Part shown: positions 1-13,211 of the stretch, in pieces | Numbering within the stretch: the stretch's first letter is position 1 | How the letters are laid out: each line of letters opens with the position of its first letter | Translations under genes and position numbers: made by a program | The notes under the pieces: model-generated | What the model saw: only the letters and a program-made list of their open reading frames with translations | Databases searched by the model: none | Told to the model about the DNA's origin: nothing | Source of the DNA: Macrostomum lignano | Taxonomy: Eukaryota | Direction of reading: 5' to 3' | Assembly (NCBI GenBank): GCA_002269645.1 | Contig: NIVC01000657.1 | Span: 143,289-207,288, forward strand | DNA: 64,000 bases

Positions 1-359
1 GCGTAATGAGCCAAGCCTTTTTACATTTACAGGTGAGCTAAACAGTCGTTTCATGAATATGATTTCTGTTGTTGAAATTGCATCGCTTGATAAATAGTAG
101 CCTACTATAAGTAATATGTTTGATTATAAAACTATTTGGCTACAAATGGATGAAGTTTGAAATTACGTTAGTTTGAAGGGTAACTTAGTGTGGGGGTTTA
201 AAGCGTGATTTTGAAGATTTGAGCTTCCATGGGTCTCAGGTCTAATCTAGAGGACATTAAAGGGGTGACTTCAACGTGGATTTTTAGTGTGATTTTGAAA
301 ATTCAAAAGCGTTATTTTGAATATTAAAGCTGCTATTTTAAAGACTTAAAGTGTGACTT

Positions 360-1430
360 TAAGCAATTGAAGTGTGATTTTTTAAGGATTTGTAGTGTGA
401 TTTTGGGGAATTAAAGTGTGATTTTGAGGAATTAAAGTGTGATTTTGAGGATTTGTAGTGTGATTTTGGGGAATTAAAGTGTGATTTTGAGGATTTGTAG
501 TGTGATTTTGAGGAATTAAAGTGTGATTTTGGGGAATTAAAGTGTGATTTTGAGGATTTGTAGTGTGATTTTGAGGAATTAAAGTGTGATTTTGAGGATT
601 TGTAGTGTGATTTTGAGGAATTAAAGTGTGATTTTGGGGAATTAAAGTGTGATTTTGAGGAATTAAAGTGTGATTTTGAGGATTTGTAGTGTGATTTTGA
701 GGAATTAAAGTGTGATTTTGAGGATTTGTAGTGTGATTTTGAGGAATTAAAGTGTGATTTTGAGGATTTGTAGTGTGATTTTGGGGAATTAAAGTGTGAT
801 TTTGAGGATTTGTAGTGTGATTTTGGGGAATTAAAGTGTGATTTTGAGGATTTGTAGTGTGATTTTGAGGAATTAAAGTGTGATTTTGAGGATTTTTGGT
901 GTGATTTTGAGGAATTAAAGTGTGATTTTGAGGATTTGTAGTGTGATTTTGGGGAATTAAAGTGTGATTTTGAGGATTTGTAGTGTGATTTTGAGGAATT
1001 AAAGTGTGATTTTGAGGATTTTTGGTGTGATTTTGAGGAATTAAAGTGTGATTTTGAGGATTTGTAGTGTGATTTTGGGGAATTAAAGTGTGATTTTGAG
1101 GATTTGTAGTGTGATTTTGAGGAATTAAAGTGTGATTTTGAGGATTTTTGGTGTGATTTTGAGGAATTAAAGTGTGATTTTGAGGATTTGTAGTGTGATT
1201 TTGGGGAATTAAAGTGTGATTTTGAGGATTTGTAGTGTGATTTTGAGGAATTAAAGTGTGATTTTGAGGATTTGTAGTGTGATTTTGAGGAATTAAAGTG
1301 TGATTTTGAGGATTTGTAGTGTGATTTTGAGGAATTAAAGTGTGATTTTGAGGATTTGTAGTGTGATTTTGAGGAATTAAAGTGTGATTTTGAGGAATTA
1401 AAGTGTGATTTTGAGGATTTTTGGTGTGAT
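360..1430. repeat. 21-bp minisatellite array (GTGTGATTTTGAGGAATTAAA / ...GGATTTGTA variants)
   Basis: Directly visible tandem units; accounts for the spurious SSKSHFN/SSKSHYK ORF 359-1468. Confidence 0.97.
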
Positions 1431-2430
1431 TTTGCGAAGAAACGGAATGAAAATGAGAGGCTAAACAACCCTAATTAAAAAATGAAAAACCAGGCATAAA
1501 AACCGATCAAATAAAGAATCAGAATCAGACAGAAGAATACACAACAAAATACCAAATAAAGTTGACGCCCCACATTGAGCGTTGAAAAATTTATTGAATA
1601 GACGCCAATACACCGCAGTTAACCCATTTTACATTTACGCCGTAAATTCCAAGTAAGAGTGTTATTTTATATAACATTTGAATATTTTATATAGTTATTT
1701 TATATACAAAAATAACCGACATATAGAGTAGTATATAGTGCTCATATATGGTACAATTAAATAACCAGAATTCAAACATCTAAAGGCTTGCACCAACAGC
1801 GGCAATGAACTAAAATCTGTAGTTGTGATGGGCAAATTTCACTCGCTTGTCATGATTACATTCAGTTCCTAATAATATATACGCTCGTACTACTAAAGCA
1901 TTCACTAGTAGCATAATATGAATTTGCTAAACTGATCTTGTCAAGATAAAAAAGAATCTGTTAATTGTAACGAGACATTTTTTGTATTATGAAAAAATTA
2001 ATTATTACAGATTATGCCGTTAACAGGTTTTCTGCAACATAAGTTAGAGGGAAAGAAGTTAGCAAAACACATAAATTAATCTTGGCAAACACCATTCAGA
2101 CAGATGGAAGACAAGGTTAAGTGTGGCCAAACTTTTATTTAACATTGCTTAACATCATATAACTTGTGACACCAACCAAAAAGAACTATTGTGAATTATC
2201 GAAATTTAAACTAATAAGCTTTACTTACTACTGACCAATAAAACAACGGTTGTTACACAAAAAGCGACAAGGACAGAGAGGCAAACACAGTGAGGTGTTA
2301 TTAAGGCACAATTATTTTTATTGGACTTGATAAATACCGAGGAAAATAAAATAATATAATTTGGAACCTATAGACTTCTAAAGCAAAAATTCTACTTGGT
2401 CAGTTAACTTTAAATATAATGGAAAAAATT

Positions 2431-2497
2431 CGGCCCCGTGCACGATTCGAACCCGGTACCTTTCACGCAACAGACGGCAACGCTAAGCAACGGCCTA
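2431..2497 (-). mobile_element. tRNA-derived SINE head / tRNA-like pseudogene
   Basis: Minus strand has B box GGTTCGAATC (2444-2453), a degenerate A box TAGGCCGTTGCTTAGC and a downstream T6 run; no proper cloverleaf. Confidence 0.55.
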
Positions 2498-2949
2498 ATT
2501 TTGCTTACAAGTCTAAAAATAGAATCTATATAATGAGTCACAGCCGGCTTCTATAAGCGTACGTTAGCTAACACAGCGGCAAGAACAGTCGAATCAATAA
2601 ATAGATTTCCAAGAAACATATATAATGTTGGGGCAGCTCAAGATATATCTGGAGAGCCCGGCGGCAGGGAAAAATAAATTGTACAACAAAAACAAGCATT
2701 CAATTTAAATACTCGTAAAGCACAAGATACTTAAAATACATTACAGAAGAGACAGAAGTCTGGTTTAGAATATACCCGAAGCCAAAAGTTTTGAGCTGTT
2801 AAATAATAAATGAACAAGTAAATTATACAGCAAAAACCATTTACTACTACTGAGAGGCGTAGAGAGAGAATCTTGCATTTGATAGACTAAAATTATTAAT
2901 AAGACAGTAGTAATCAAATATAACTTATATCACTTCGGAACATTAGCGC

Positions 2950-4035
2950 TGCAAAATCTCACTGATTTAGTAGAGATTGGCGCCACAAAATCTCACTGAT
3001 TTAGTAGAGATTGGCGCCACAAAATCTCACTGATTTAGTAGAGATTGGCGCCACAAAATCTCACTGATTTAGTAGAGATTGGCGCCACAAAATCTCACTG
3101 ATTTAGTAGAGATTGGCGCCACAAAATCTCACTGATTTAGTAGAGATTGGCGCCACAAAATCTCACTGATTTAGTAGAGATTGGCGCCACAAAATCTCAC
3201 TGATCTAATAGAGATTGGCGCCACAAAATCTCACTGATCTAATAGAGATTGGCGCCACAAAATCTCACTGATCTAATAGAAATTGACACTATAAAATCTC
3301 ACTGATCTAATAGAGATTGGCGCCACAAAATCTCACTGATCTAATAGAAATTGACACTATAAAATCTCACTGATCTAATAGATTGACACTATAAAATCTC
3401 ACTGATCTAATAGAGATTGGCGCCACAAAATCTCACTGATCTAATAGAGATTGGCGCCACAAAATCTCACTGATCTAATAGAGATTGGCGCCACAAAATC
3501 TCACTGATCTAATAGAAATTGACACTATAAAATCTCACTGATCTAATAGATTGACACTATAAAATCTCACTGATCTAATAGAGATTGGCGCCACAAAATC
3601 TCACTGATCTAATAGAAATTGACACTATAAAATCTCACTGATCTAATAGATTGACACTATAAAATCTCACTGATCTAATAGAGATTGGCGCCACAAAATC
3701 TCACTGATCTAATAGAGATTGGCGCCACAAAATCTCACTGATCTAATAGAGATTGGCGCCACAAAATCTCACTGATCTAATAGAGATTGGCACTATAAAA
3801 TCTCACTGATCTAATAGAGATTGGCGCCACAAAATCTCACTGATCTAATAGAAATTGACACTATAAAATCTCACTGATCTAATAGAGATTGGCGCCACAA
3901 AATCTCACTGATCTAATAGAGATTGGCGCCACAAAATCTCACTGATCTAATAGAAATTGACACTATAAAATCTCACTGATCTAATAGAGATTGGCGCTAC
4001 AAAATCTCACTGATCTAATAGAGATTGGCGCCACA
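2950..4035. repeat. 34-bp minisatellite array (AAAATCTCACTGATCTAATAGAGATTGGCGCCAC and variants)
   Basis: Tandem units at 34-bp spacing (2953, 2987...), ending just 3' of the transporter stop codon. Confidence 0.97.
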
Positions 4036-4107
4036 AAAAATCTAACTCAATATAGTTTAGTCGCAAGCATCTAAAAAAAGTGCACATCTTACAATCTAGT
4101 CAGTTCG

Positions 4108-7100
4108 CTAGCCGAAAAAGTGTGGCTCAAAAATCTTAGCCAAAGTGACAAACAGTGACGTGATAGATGCCAAGCAGCCGAAGCCGCAGATAGTGGCATC
4201 TTTAATCAGCACTAAGCGCTGCTGGGTGCTGGCCGGCCGATGCCAAACAAGCCGCAGATGAGCGGCGCAGGGCAGCACAAAAGCCAAGAAGATTGACCCG
4301 ACAGCGCCAATAAACGAGCTGACGTAAGCGTACAGTTTGCGCAATAGTATAGCCATGGCTAACTGGCACATTACAATGCCAAATCTGAGACAGTTTCTCA
4401 TCCAAGTTGGGGCGCCATCGGGAGTTGAAGTGGACAGCAGAGCGTGAGCATCATTGGCGGCATTGTTATTGGGTGAGTCGGAATCCAGCTGAACAGAAGC
4501 AGACGCGATCAGGGCTTCTTGCTCTTCGGGAGAGACAGAGTCTGTAGAGTTGGGTTATTTGTGCGTTTGTTTGGCTTATTTTCCATACAAAAAATTGTCT
4601 TCACTGTGCTACTTATCACAGGGTTTAAAAGTAGTGCAGTTAGGATTTTTTAAAATTACCGTTAATTTCCGTGTATTCTACTTGTTTATTAATATCATAA
4701 CAAGTAGTGCAGTGAAGTCAGGAGTTTTTCAAATTTGTGAATGGCTCATTTTATGCTAAGGAAAATTGAAAAGAAACTCGACAAAGCTACTAATATCTGT
4801 CCCGATATGAGTAGTGCTTGTTAGATTTTGTCGGAATTTTCCCAGAAACAAGTGTTAACACACAAGTGTGACAGGAAAAAATTGCTTTAGATTTTGGTGT
4901 TTGACAATTTGTTTCTATTAATAAGCATGGTAGACAGAATGGAATTTACCTCTATAACCTGCCCCAGTGGGTAAAAATTCCATTGCTTACTGGAGATTAT
5001 TAAGAATTCGTTTGAATTGGCTCTATACACCTCTGCATAGCTGCACACACAGACACGTACATTTGCACGACTCGAAAAATTTATTAAATAGATTGGAAAA
5101 TATTTCAAGGCTACTACACGCCCACATATTGCCTAGGCCTGGGCCAGGTTGGAAAAATTAATTCTGTGCTACCTAATATTGCTGCTTCTATAGTGCAGAT
5201 ACAATCTGATGACACAGATATGTACTTAATAACGATGAACACTGCACAACATGTTAAATACATCCTTAAGTGACAACGCTAATAACTTTTTGTAAACAGT
5301 TGTTATATTGTAAACTCAACTTAATAAAAAAATCTAGAAAAGATTAATCGAATTCAAATTATATAAACTCCGCGCTTGACTTATTTAAAAAAGCTTCAAT
5401 TTTGTTTAGCTAATTTTTAGCAATCTGCTTATTTGTATTGATCGCTTGCAACAATCAATACCAATATTGAGCAGGAAATTTACGATTCAAAGCGAAGGGT
5501 GTTAGCTTTTATTACGTGCCTTTGCCCAACTACTGACCTGTTCTAGACGTGTCTGTCTAGGTCTACCTGTCTGTCCAGATCATCTACCTGTCTGTCTAGA
5601 TCATCTACCTGTCTGTCCAGATCATCTACCTGTCTGTCTAGATCATCTACCTGTCTGTCCAGATTATCTACCTGTATGTCTAGATCATCTAGCTGTCTGT
5701 CCAGATCATCTACCTGTCTGTCCAGATCATCTAGCTGTCTGTCTAGATCATCTACCTGTCTGTCCAGATCATCTAGCTGTCTGTCCAGATCATCTAGCTG
5801 TCTGTCTAGGTCTGTGTCCTAGTGCCTGTCTCAATAATCCTGTCTGTGTGTCCTAGTGCCTGTCTCAATAATCCTGTCTGTGTGTCCTAGTGCCTGTCTC
5901 AATAATCCCGTCTGTGTGTCCTAGTGCCTGTCTCAATAATCCCGTCTGTGTGTCCTAGTGCCTGTCTCAATAATCCCGTCTGTGTGTCCTAGTGCCTGTC
6001 TCAATAATCCTGTCCGTGTGTCCTAGTGCCTGTCTCAATAATCCTGTCTGTGTGTCCTAGTGCCTGTCTCAATAATCCCGTCTGTGTGTCCTAGTGCCTG
6101 TCTCAATAATCCTGTCCGTGTGTCCTAGTGCCTGTCTCAATAATCCCGTCTGTGTGTCCTAGTGCCTGTCTCAATAATCCTGTCCGTGTGTCCTAGTGCC
6201 TGTCTCAATAATCCTGTCCGTGTGTCCTAGTGCCTGTCTCAATAATCCTGTCTGTGTGTCCTAGTGCCTGTCTCAATAATCCTGTCTGTGTGTCCTAGTG
6301 CCTGTCTCAATAATCCCGTCTGTGTCCTAGTGTCACTCTGATTTTAAAGTGCACATGAAACAGGCTATGCCAGTCAGAAGCTGTTAAAACATCGCAGACA
6401 TCAAGAAGATCAGCTGCAGATTTTAGTTTAGAGGTTAAAAAAGCATTTAATTAGCTAAACTTTACACACAATCACACAAAGAAAAAATAATTGAGAATTG
6501 AAGCAAAACTCTGTTCTCTTAGAAGGCCGATAGATCCGCTGATAATAACGATGTACTCCAGTTGTGTAGGTAAATAGTATTAGAGAGTTTCAATTAAAAA
6601 AGGATTAAAAACAGCCTACATTATTAATTATGCATTTGTTATAAAAAGGAAGCATTGACAACCCTTAAAAATTTCTAAAAAGCAACGCTTGGTTCTGCAT
6701 TCGCATCACCTATTATTAGAAAACTGCGTACTGGAAGGAAGTTAATTTTTAAAATTATTAGCTACACAAGACTGCATTAATAGAAAAAAGATAAAAAATA
6801 GAAGGTATATGCACACATATACCGGGCTCATCATAATTAACTGAGGAACCATTGACGCTTGCCGATGTTCGATCTGGTGGGTGTGATATAATTATGCAGC
6901 GGCAGAGAATTAATATTCATAAATATATTCTGACGATAAAAAGGCTATATGAAAAACTACCAAATTAACAGAAATACACCAAAATTTGGACTATTGGTAA
7001 AATCCATGACTAATAAAAATAATAGGCATTAACAAGAAGCCTTCGGCGACATTGTCCCGCAACCAGCGTTGAAGCAATTCAGCACATTCCTTCCTTGCTA

Positions 7101-10100
7101 ATTTTTCTCCCATTTTTTGGTCATTTACTTCTACCATTGGTAGAAATAAACTGTTAGGTTGAATTACATCATCGCCCATTAAGACAGTCTTCTCAACACA
7201 AGTCTCCACCTGTAGCAACTCACGGCTTGAGCATCCTCTCCACCTGTAGCAACTCACTTCTCCCACGGCTTGAGCATCCTCTCCACCTGTAGCAACTCAC
7301 TTCTTCCACTGCTTGAGCATCCCTCTGATTGAATTAACATGACATCAAAAGTCCACCGTATTTATAATTTGAAAAAGCATCAACCATTTACCAAAAACAG
7401 TCAATAGTTGAACACAGAAATAAACTCACATCTAGCCAAGAAGAGTTTCTCAGTCATCTGAATAACCGGATAAATCTGCAGTGGGAAAGTGAAGATCACT
7501 CCCAGGATGAGTGTAGCATCCAGTATGACAACGAACAGAGATTGGGTAGGCAGATTTTGCACCACAATCTGTCTGGTGTCCTGGCCATAACGCAGGTAAC
7601 CAATAGTGCCAACACCGCCAAGTATAGCTGTCACAACCACTAGGGAGCCGCGTAGGAACGAGCGAAAATTATGTCGGTTGTCTTCCATGCTGGATTCAAT
7701 TGGGATTACCTGTTGGGATGTTGAAATTTGACATCTTTTAAGTTGGAATCATGGTGCAATTTGACAGGCCAATTGAGCGCCACAACTGAGACTTCAGTGT
7801 GATTTTAGCACCACAACTGAGACTTTAGTGCCAATTAAGCGCCACAACTGATATTTTAGCGCCAATAAGTGCCACAAAAAATGAGATTTTAGCGCCAATT
7901 AAGCGCCAGAACTGATATTTTAGCGCCAATAAGTGCCACAAAAAATGAGATTTTAGCGCCAATTTAGCGCCACAACTGAGACTTCAGTGTGATTTTAGCA
8001 CCACAACTGAGACTTTAGCACCAATTAAGCGCCAGAACTGATATTTTAGCGCCAATAAGTGCCACAAAAATGAGACTTCAGCGCCAATTTAGCGCCACAA
8101 CTGAGACTTCAGTGTGATTTTAGCACCACAACTGAGACTTTAGCACCAATTAAGCGCCAGAACTGATATTTTAGCGCCAATAAGTGCCACAAAAAAAGAG
8201 ATTTTAGCGCCAATTTAGCGCCACAACTGAGACTTTAACGCCAATTTAGCGCCACAACTGAGACTTCAGTGCCAATTTAGCGCCACAACTGAGACTTTAA
8301 CGCCAATTTAGCGCCACAACTGAGACTTCAGTGCCAATTTAGCGCCATAACTGAGACTTCAGCGCCAATTAGCACCACAACAACGGAGAATTTAGCGCAA
8401 ATTCAGCGCCACAACTGAGACATTAGCGCTAATTTAGTGTCACAACGGATTTATGTTGTGATTCTTTAATATTTTCTGTTAAACCAAATGGTTTTCTATA
8501 GGTCACAGTACTCGTATTATGCAGTAAATATTTAATCACACAGCCACTGACTCCGTTAATAAACCTTAAGTAAAGGTCTCCAAGAACTAATTCTCCAGGG
8601 CCGTTCTGGCTCGTGAAACAGATAAAATAAAATTCGACCCCTGCTGAGAAAAGTAGGTTTCAAACTCTCTTACTTACACAAACTTTATAGATAAGATTTA
8701 AAGCAGATCTGACCTCTTTCGAATCTTTCCTCAACAAGCATTTGGTTCACAGACATGGCAAGCATTCACAGTTATAGTAGAACGCTGCACGCTAACACTA
8801 TATATTCTACAACATTACTTTCTGGACTTTCGACTTTACAAACCTCTGTATGTCAAAATGAGAAAAATACTTGAATTTCAACCTACAAGAATGGAAAATA
8901 TTTTTTGCCAGGGAGCAGTGTCCTTCCATCACAATCACAATGCACTTCCTTTTTGCCGATGCATGCATGCTAAAAGTGCACATTGTTGATACTGGGGTTT
9001 CGATTTAAAGTACTAAAGCACTAAAGCACTAAAGTATTTAAGTACTAAAGTACTAGTTCACTATAGTACAACTGAAGTACTTAAGTACTAAAGTACTAAT
9101 TCACTATAGTACAACTGAAGTACTTAAGTACTAAAGTACTAATTCACTAAAGTACTAATGCACTAAAGTACTAATGCACTAAAGTACTAATGCACTAAAG
9201 TACTAATGCACTAAAGTACTAATGCACTAAAGTACTAATGCACTAAAGTACTAATGCACTAAAGTACTAATGCACTAAATGCACTAAAGTATTAATGCAC
9301 TAAAGTACTAATGCACTAAAGTACTAATGGACTTAAGTACTAATGCACTAAAGTACTAATGCACTAAAGTACAAGCTATAAAAGAGGATAGAGCTGTTGC
9401 TTACCGTTCCAATCCCTTCGTAGGACACGGCCACCATCCCAATATACACTGGCAGAGTGGCACCTGTAGCCTGTTGAACAGTGTCGCTAACAGAGAACTG
9501 ATGCAGCATAACGGCTAGGACAGCTACAACTCCGGCACAGATGCTGATATTAGCTACAACACTAACGCTGCCCATACTGCGAATATTGCGAATCAAAGCG
9601 AAGCCAAGAAACAGAGGCAACGGCGCGCAAACTAGAAGCCATAGAGGCGGCACAGACCAAGTTGGAGTCTCCGTAAATCCGTCCAAATCGCTGTTTTGCT
9701 GCTCCGCCTGAGTGTGATAATCGTAAGCCTGCGGGATTTGTTGGGAGATTGGGAATATCATTTTTGGGGGGTTAGAGTGCAACAGTAACTTATGCCTTAT
9801 GCCTGAAGGGTTTTCGTACGAATCACAGGCATGAGGGCCAAGCCTAAGGCACAGAGAGAGTACATGCCTGACGATAAGAAAGTCAAGGAGGGCCGCTGTA
9901 CACATTCGGTATGTCAGGAGTCAGCAGAATGGGCAGAATTGCTTCATCGCCGCTTGTGGGACGGGACATACATGCCCAACACCCGACCGACCCAGCTGAT
10001 TCGGCCGGGTGGCGAGAGGTCTGGCCAAGGTAAGTCGCAAAAATGCTGACCCGAAAAAGACTAGTACTAATTAGATGACGAGGCATTTAGCCTTAGTAAT

Positions 10101-12249
10101 ACAGTTAAAGTTACTCCAGCCGGTTACCCAAAATTACGTTAATTTTGCTTCAGTTTCTTTTATAGGTAAATCGCATTTTTGGTCAAAAAGAAAGTCGCAC
10201 GGCTGGGTGAACTTTCGAAGTTGGGCATGTATGTTATGTGACGAGGTCAGACGTAGCCCTCGCCTTTGCCCTTCTAGGAATAAATGTGATTCTGATTAAA
10301 ATACCCAGCTGCATTATACAACAAGGACGCCAAAAGACTCTCACCTGAAACGCGACCGTATCGGTGTCATTTCTACCCAAAGACAGCACCTGATGCAGAG
10401 TATTGCCAATAAATATAAAATAATTAATGCAGAAGCCGAATTGAGTAATAAACAGAGACGCATTGACTAGCCACAGGCCGGGCCGACCGTACGTGAACTT
10501 GGCAATGTCCCCTAGCGTGACAATCCGATGCAGAGCGTCCGTCTGTCTGCGCTGATGACTAGCATCGTCTGCTGCTCCGTCTGAACCATTATTACTCGAA
10601 TTATGATTATTGTTGTTATTACTATTACTATTATTGGTGTTAGTAGCAGACGGAGAGGCCCCTGGTCCCAATGCATCAGGACAAAAGCCGTCGTTATAGT
10701 AATACGGACTAGAATTATTATTATTACTGTTACTATTTTGGCCAATAGTGCCATTGCCATCCAGAGAAGACTCGGATCCGGAATCTTCATCATTAACTAA
10801 CGATTCAACCATCAGCTGTTTGCAGGTAACTATCAGGTAGCAGCAGTGATCAGTTAGTACGGCTATGATCATTAGTAGAGCGAAGCCGAGCTGGCAGAGT
10901 TAATAAAGAAGTTGACAGGTTTGTTTGTGTTGCTACTGACTGACAGAACTTTTATAAAGTTTATTGTGTCCTATGAGCCATTGTTACCCCTTGCTACCTA
11001 CCCTGGTTCCTCTATGATGGGCCATTGTTACCCTCACCTGGTTCCTCTATGATGGGCCATTGTTACCCTCACCTGGTTCCTCTATGATGGGCCATTGTTA
11101 CCCTCACCTGGTTCCTCTATGATGGGCCATTGTTACCCTCACCTGGTTCCTCTATGATGGGCCATTGTTACCCTCACCTGGTTCCTCTATGATGGGCCAT
11201 TGTTACCCTCACCTGGTTCCTCTATGATGGGCCATTGTAACCCTCACCTGGTTCCTCTATGAAGGGCCATTGTTACCTCACCTGGTTCCTCTATGAAAGG
11301 CCATTGTTACCCTCACCTGGTTCCTCTATGATGGGCCATTGTTACCCTCACCTGGTTCCTCTATGATGGGCCATTGTTACCCTCACCTGGTTCCTCTATG
11401 ATGGGCCATTGTTACCCTCACCTGGTTCCTCTATGATGGGCCATTGTTACCCTCACCTGGTTCCTCTATGATGGGCCATTGTAACCCTCACCTGGTTCCT
11501 CTATGAAGGGCCATTGTTACCTCACCTGGTTCCTCTATGAAAGGCCATTGTTACCTCACCTGGTTCCACTATGAAGGGCCATTGTTACCATCACCAGATT
11601 CCTCTATGATGGGCCATTGTTACCCTCACCTGGTTCCTCTATGATGGGCCATTGTAACCCTCACCTGGTTCCTCTATGAAGGGCCATTGTAACCCTCACC
11701 TGGTTCCTCTATGAAGGGCCATTGTTACCTCACCTGGTTCCTCTATGAAAGGCCATTGTTACCTCACCTGGTTCCACTATGAAGGGCCATTGTTACCATC
11801 ACCAGATTCCTCTATGATGGGCCATTGTTACCCTCACCTGGTTCCTCTATGATGGGCCATTGTAACCCTCACCTGGTTCCTCTATGAAGGGCCATTGTAA
11901 CCCTCACCTGGTTCCTCTATGAAGGGCCATTGTTACCTCACCTGGTTCCTCTATGAAAGGCCATTGTTACCTCACCTGGTTCCTCTACGATGGGCAATTG
12001 TTACCCCACCTAGTTCCTCTATGAAGGGCCATTGTTACCACCTGGGTCCTTTTATTCTATGAGCCATGGTTACTACATTTCAGTCCTTTTATTAACCATT
12101 AATACTAATAACAATAACAAAAAAGTCTTAATAATACTTACAGCAAGACCAGACTGACTAAAGGCAAATGGCATCGACAAATAGTTGGAGCCAATAAATG
12201 CCTTGAATAAGTTGGCAAAGTCTGATACATGCTGCAGCGCTGAAACCAT
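4108..12249 (-). CDS. Amino acid/auxin permease (Aa_trans; SLC36/AVT3-like) transporter, about 580 aa
   Basis: Exons (minus) 12142-12249, 10345-10890, 9405-9728, 7430-7709, 6823-6873, 4108-4541, all GT-AG and phase-consistent. TM1 motif DFANLFKAFIGSNYLSMPFAFSQSG, FITQFGFCINYFIF, SYEGIGTVIPIESSM, FTFPLQIYP, GAVGSIFLAFVLP. An acceptor lies 7 nt before the ATG, so an upstream exon or trans-splicing is possible. Confidence 0.88.
5550..6330. repeat. Two adjacent intronic minisatellites: 21-bp (5550-5810) and 34-bp (5810-6330)
   Basis: Units GTCCAGATCATCTACCTGTCT and GTGTCCTAGTGCCTGTCTCAATAATCCTGTCTGT. Confidence 0.95.
7770..8450. repeat. Composite ~24-25-bp minisatellite (GCGCCACAACTGAGACTT... 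higher-order units)
   Basis: Visible tandem units in the transporter intron 7710-9404. Confidence 0.9.
9005..9370. repeat. 16-bp minisatellite (AAAGTACTAATGCACT)
   Basis: Visible tandem units abutting the donor at 9404. Confidence 0.93.
9815..10275 (+). mobile_element. SINE family 1 copy (body only), interrupted by a MITE at 9967-10233
   Basis: Shares GTACATGCCTGACGATAAGAAAGTCA...GCCGCTGTACAC and CAGGAGTCAGCAGAATGGGCAGAATTGC with the copies at 24.3, 43.8, 44.9/47.0, 48.7 and 63.5 kb. Confidence 0.75.
9967..10233. mobile_element. MITE, CATACATG family (hAT-like)
   Basis: TIRs CATACATGCCCAAC (9967-9980) and AGTTGGGCATGTATG (10219-10233); subterminal GGTAAGTCGCAAAAA motif shared with 14914-17107 and 17125-17492. 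No TSD seen for this copy. Confidence 0.75.
10975..12040. repeat. ~35-bp minisatellite (CCATTGTTACCCTCACCTGGTTCCTCTATGATGGG)
   Basis: Visible tandem units filling the first transporter intron. Confidence 0.96.
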
Positions 12250-12425
12250 TGTATCACTGTTTTAGGCATGAAATTCCAACTGGCAGTTTTGTAGTCAAGC
12301 ATGCAAGAGAATGAAATATATACAAATTATAAAAACTAAGACAAAATAACATTTATCAATTAAGTTAGATAGTTTTTACAATTATTTATTGTTTATTGTT
12401 TCAATCTATTATACTCGTAGTAAAA

Positions 12426-13211
12426 GGGCCATTCCATATAATTATGGTTGTAACATGACAGACTATTCTTACTTATAAAATGAAATCTAATAATAGAATA
12501 TACTAAACCAATATTTTGAATGAAAGATTATTTTGTCAAGAATACGTTTATAAAGTTTCATATAGATATCATCATTAGTATAGATGCTATTAAACCTTGA
12601 ATGGCACTTATGGTCGTAACAACAGGATTTTTGACACAGAAACTAAAAGGTAAAAGTCTTATAATATTTTTCATTTTTGATATTTTGCAATAATTTTTTT
12701 AAAATTTGACTAAGAACATCTTTAGAAGTCATACTCTTTTATTAGAATATATAAACTCAAAAAGGCAACAAAGATACAAAAGAAAAGGCAGCCTTATGGT
12801 TGTAACATTATGGTCGTAACATATTTTTTTCTGTCAATTCAGTAACTTTGAAGTAGTAATATATTAAAAATATAATAGATTATATGGTTGCTAATGTTTT
12901 TTTCTGATGATGCAAGTACTATAATTTTATATATAGTTTGTTTTAACTTTCTAAAGCTTTCTATTTGTTTTTAAAAGGTACATAAACTTAATGATGTCTT
13001 TTGCTTAGAAAATGTCCAATTTTTTACAAAAATAACTTTTTGCCAATTGATAACATACTAATACAACATTTTATCATTTATTTATTCTTAGATTGTATAC
13101 ATTACATACAAAAAAGATTTTGTAAAAAAAATTGGCTGATAAGGCAATGACAAACAAAAATATTGACTTTTTTCTATTTTCCAAATATGTCTATCTTATA
13201 TGGAATGGGCC
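12426..13211. mobile_element. Non-autonomous DNA transposon (MITE), superfamily unassigned
   Basis: 16-bp TIRs GGGCCATTCCATATAA (12426-12441) and TTATATGGAATGGGCC (13196-13211), 15/16 match; AAAA on both flanks; internal repeats of TTATGGTYGTAACA. Confidence 0.7.

Noticed and set aside
359-1468. 369-aa Ser/Lys/His-rich ORF
   Set aside because: Translation of a 21-bp tandem array; no unique sequence or splice context.
6991-7266. 91-aa ORF in a transporter intron
   Set aside because: Starts in a 33-bp local repeat, has no transporter similarity and is not needed for phase continuity.
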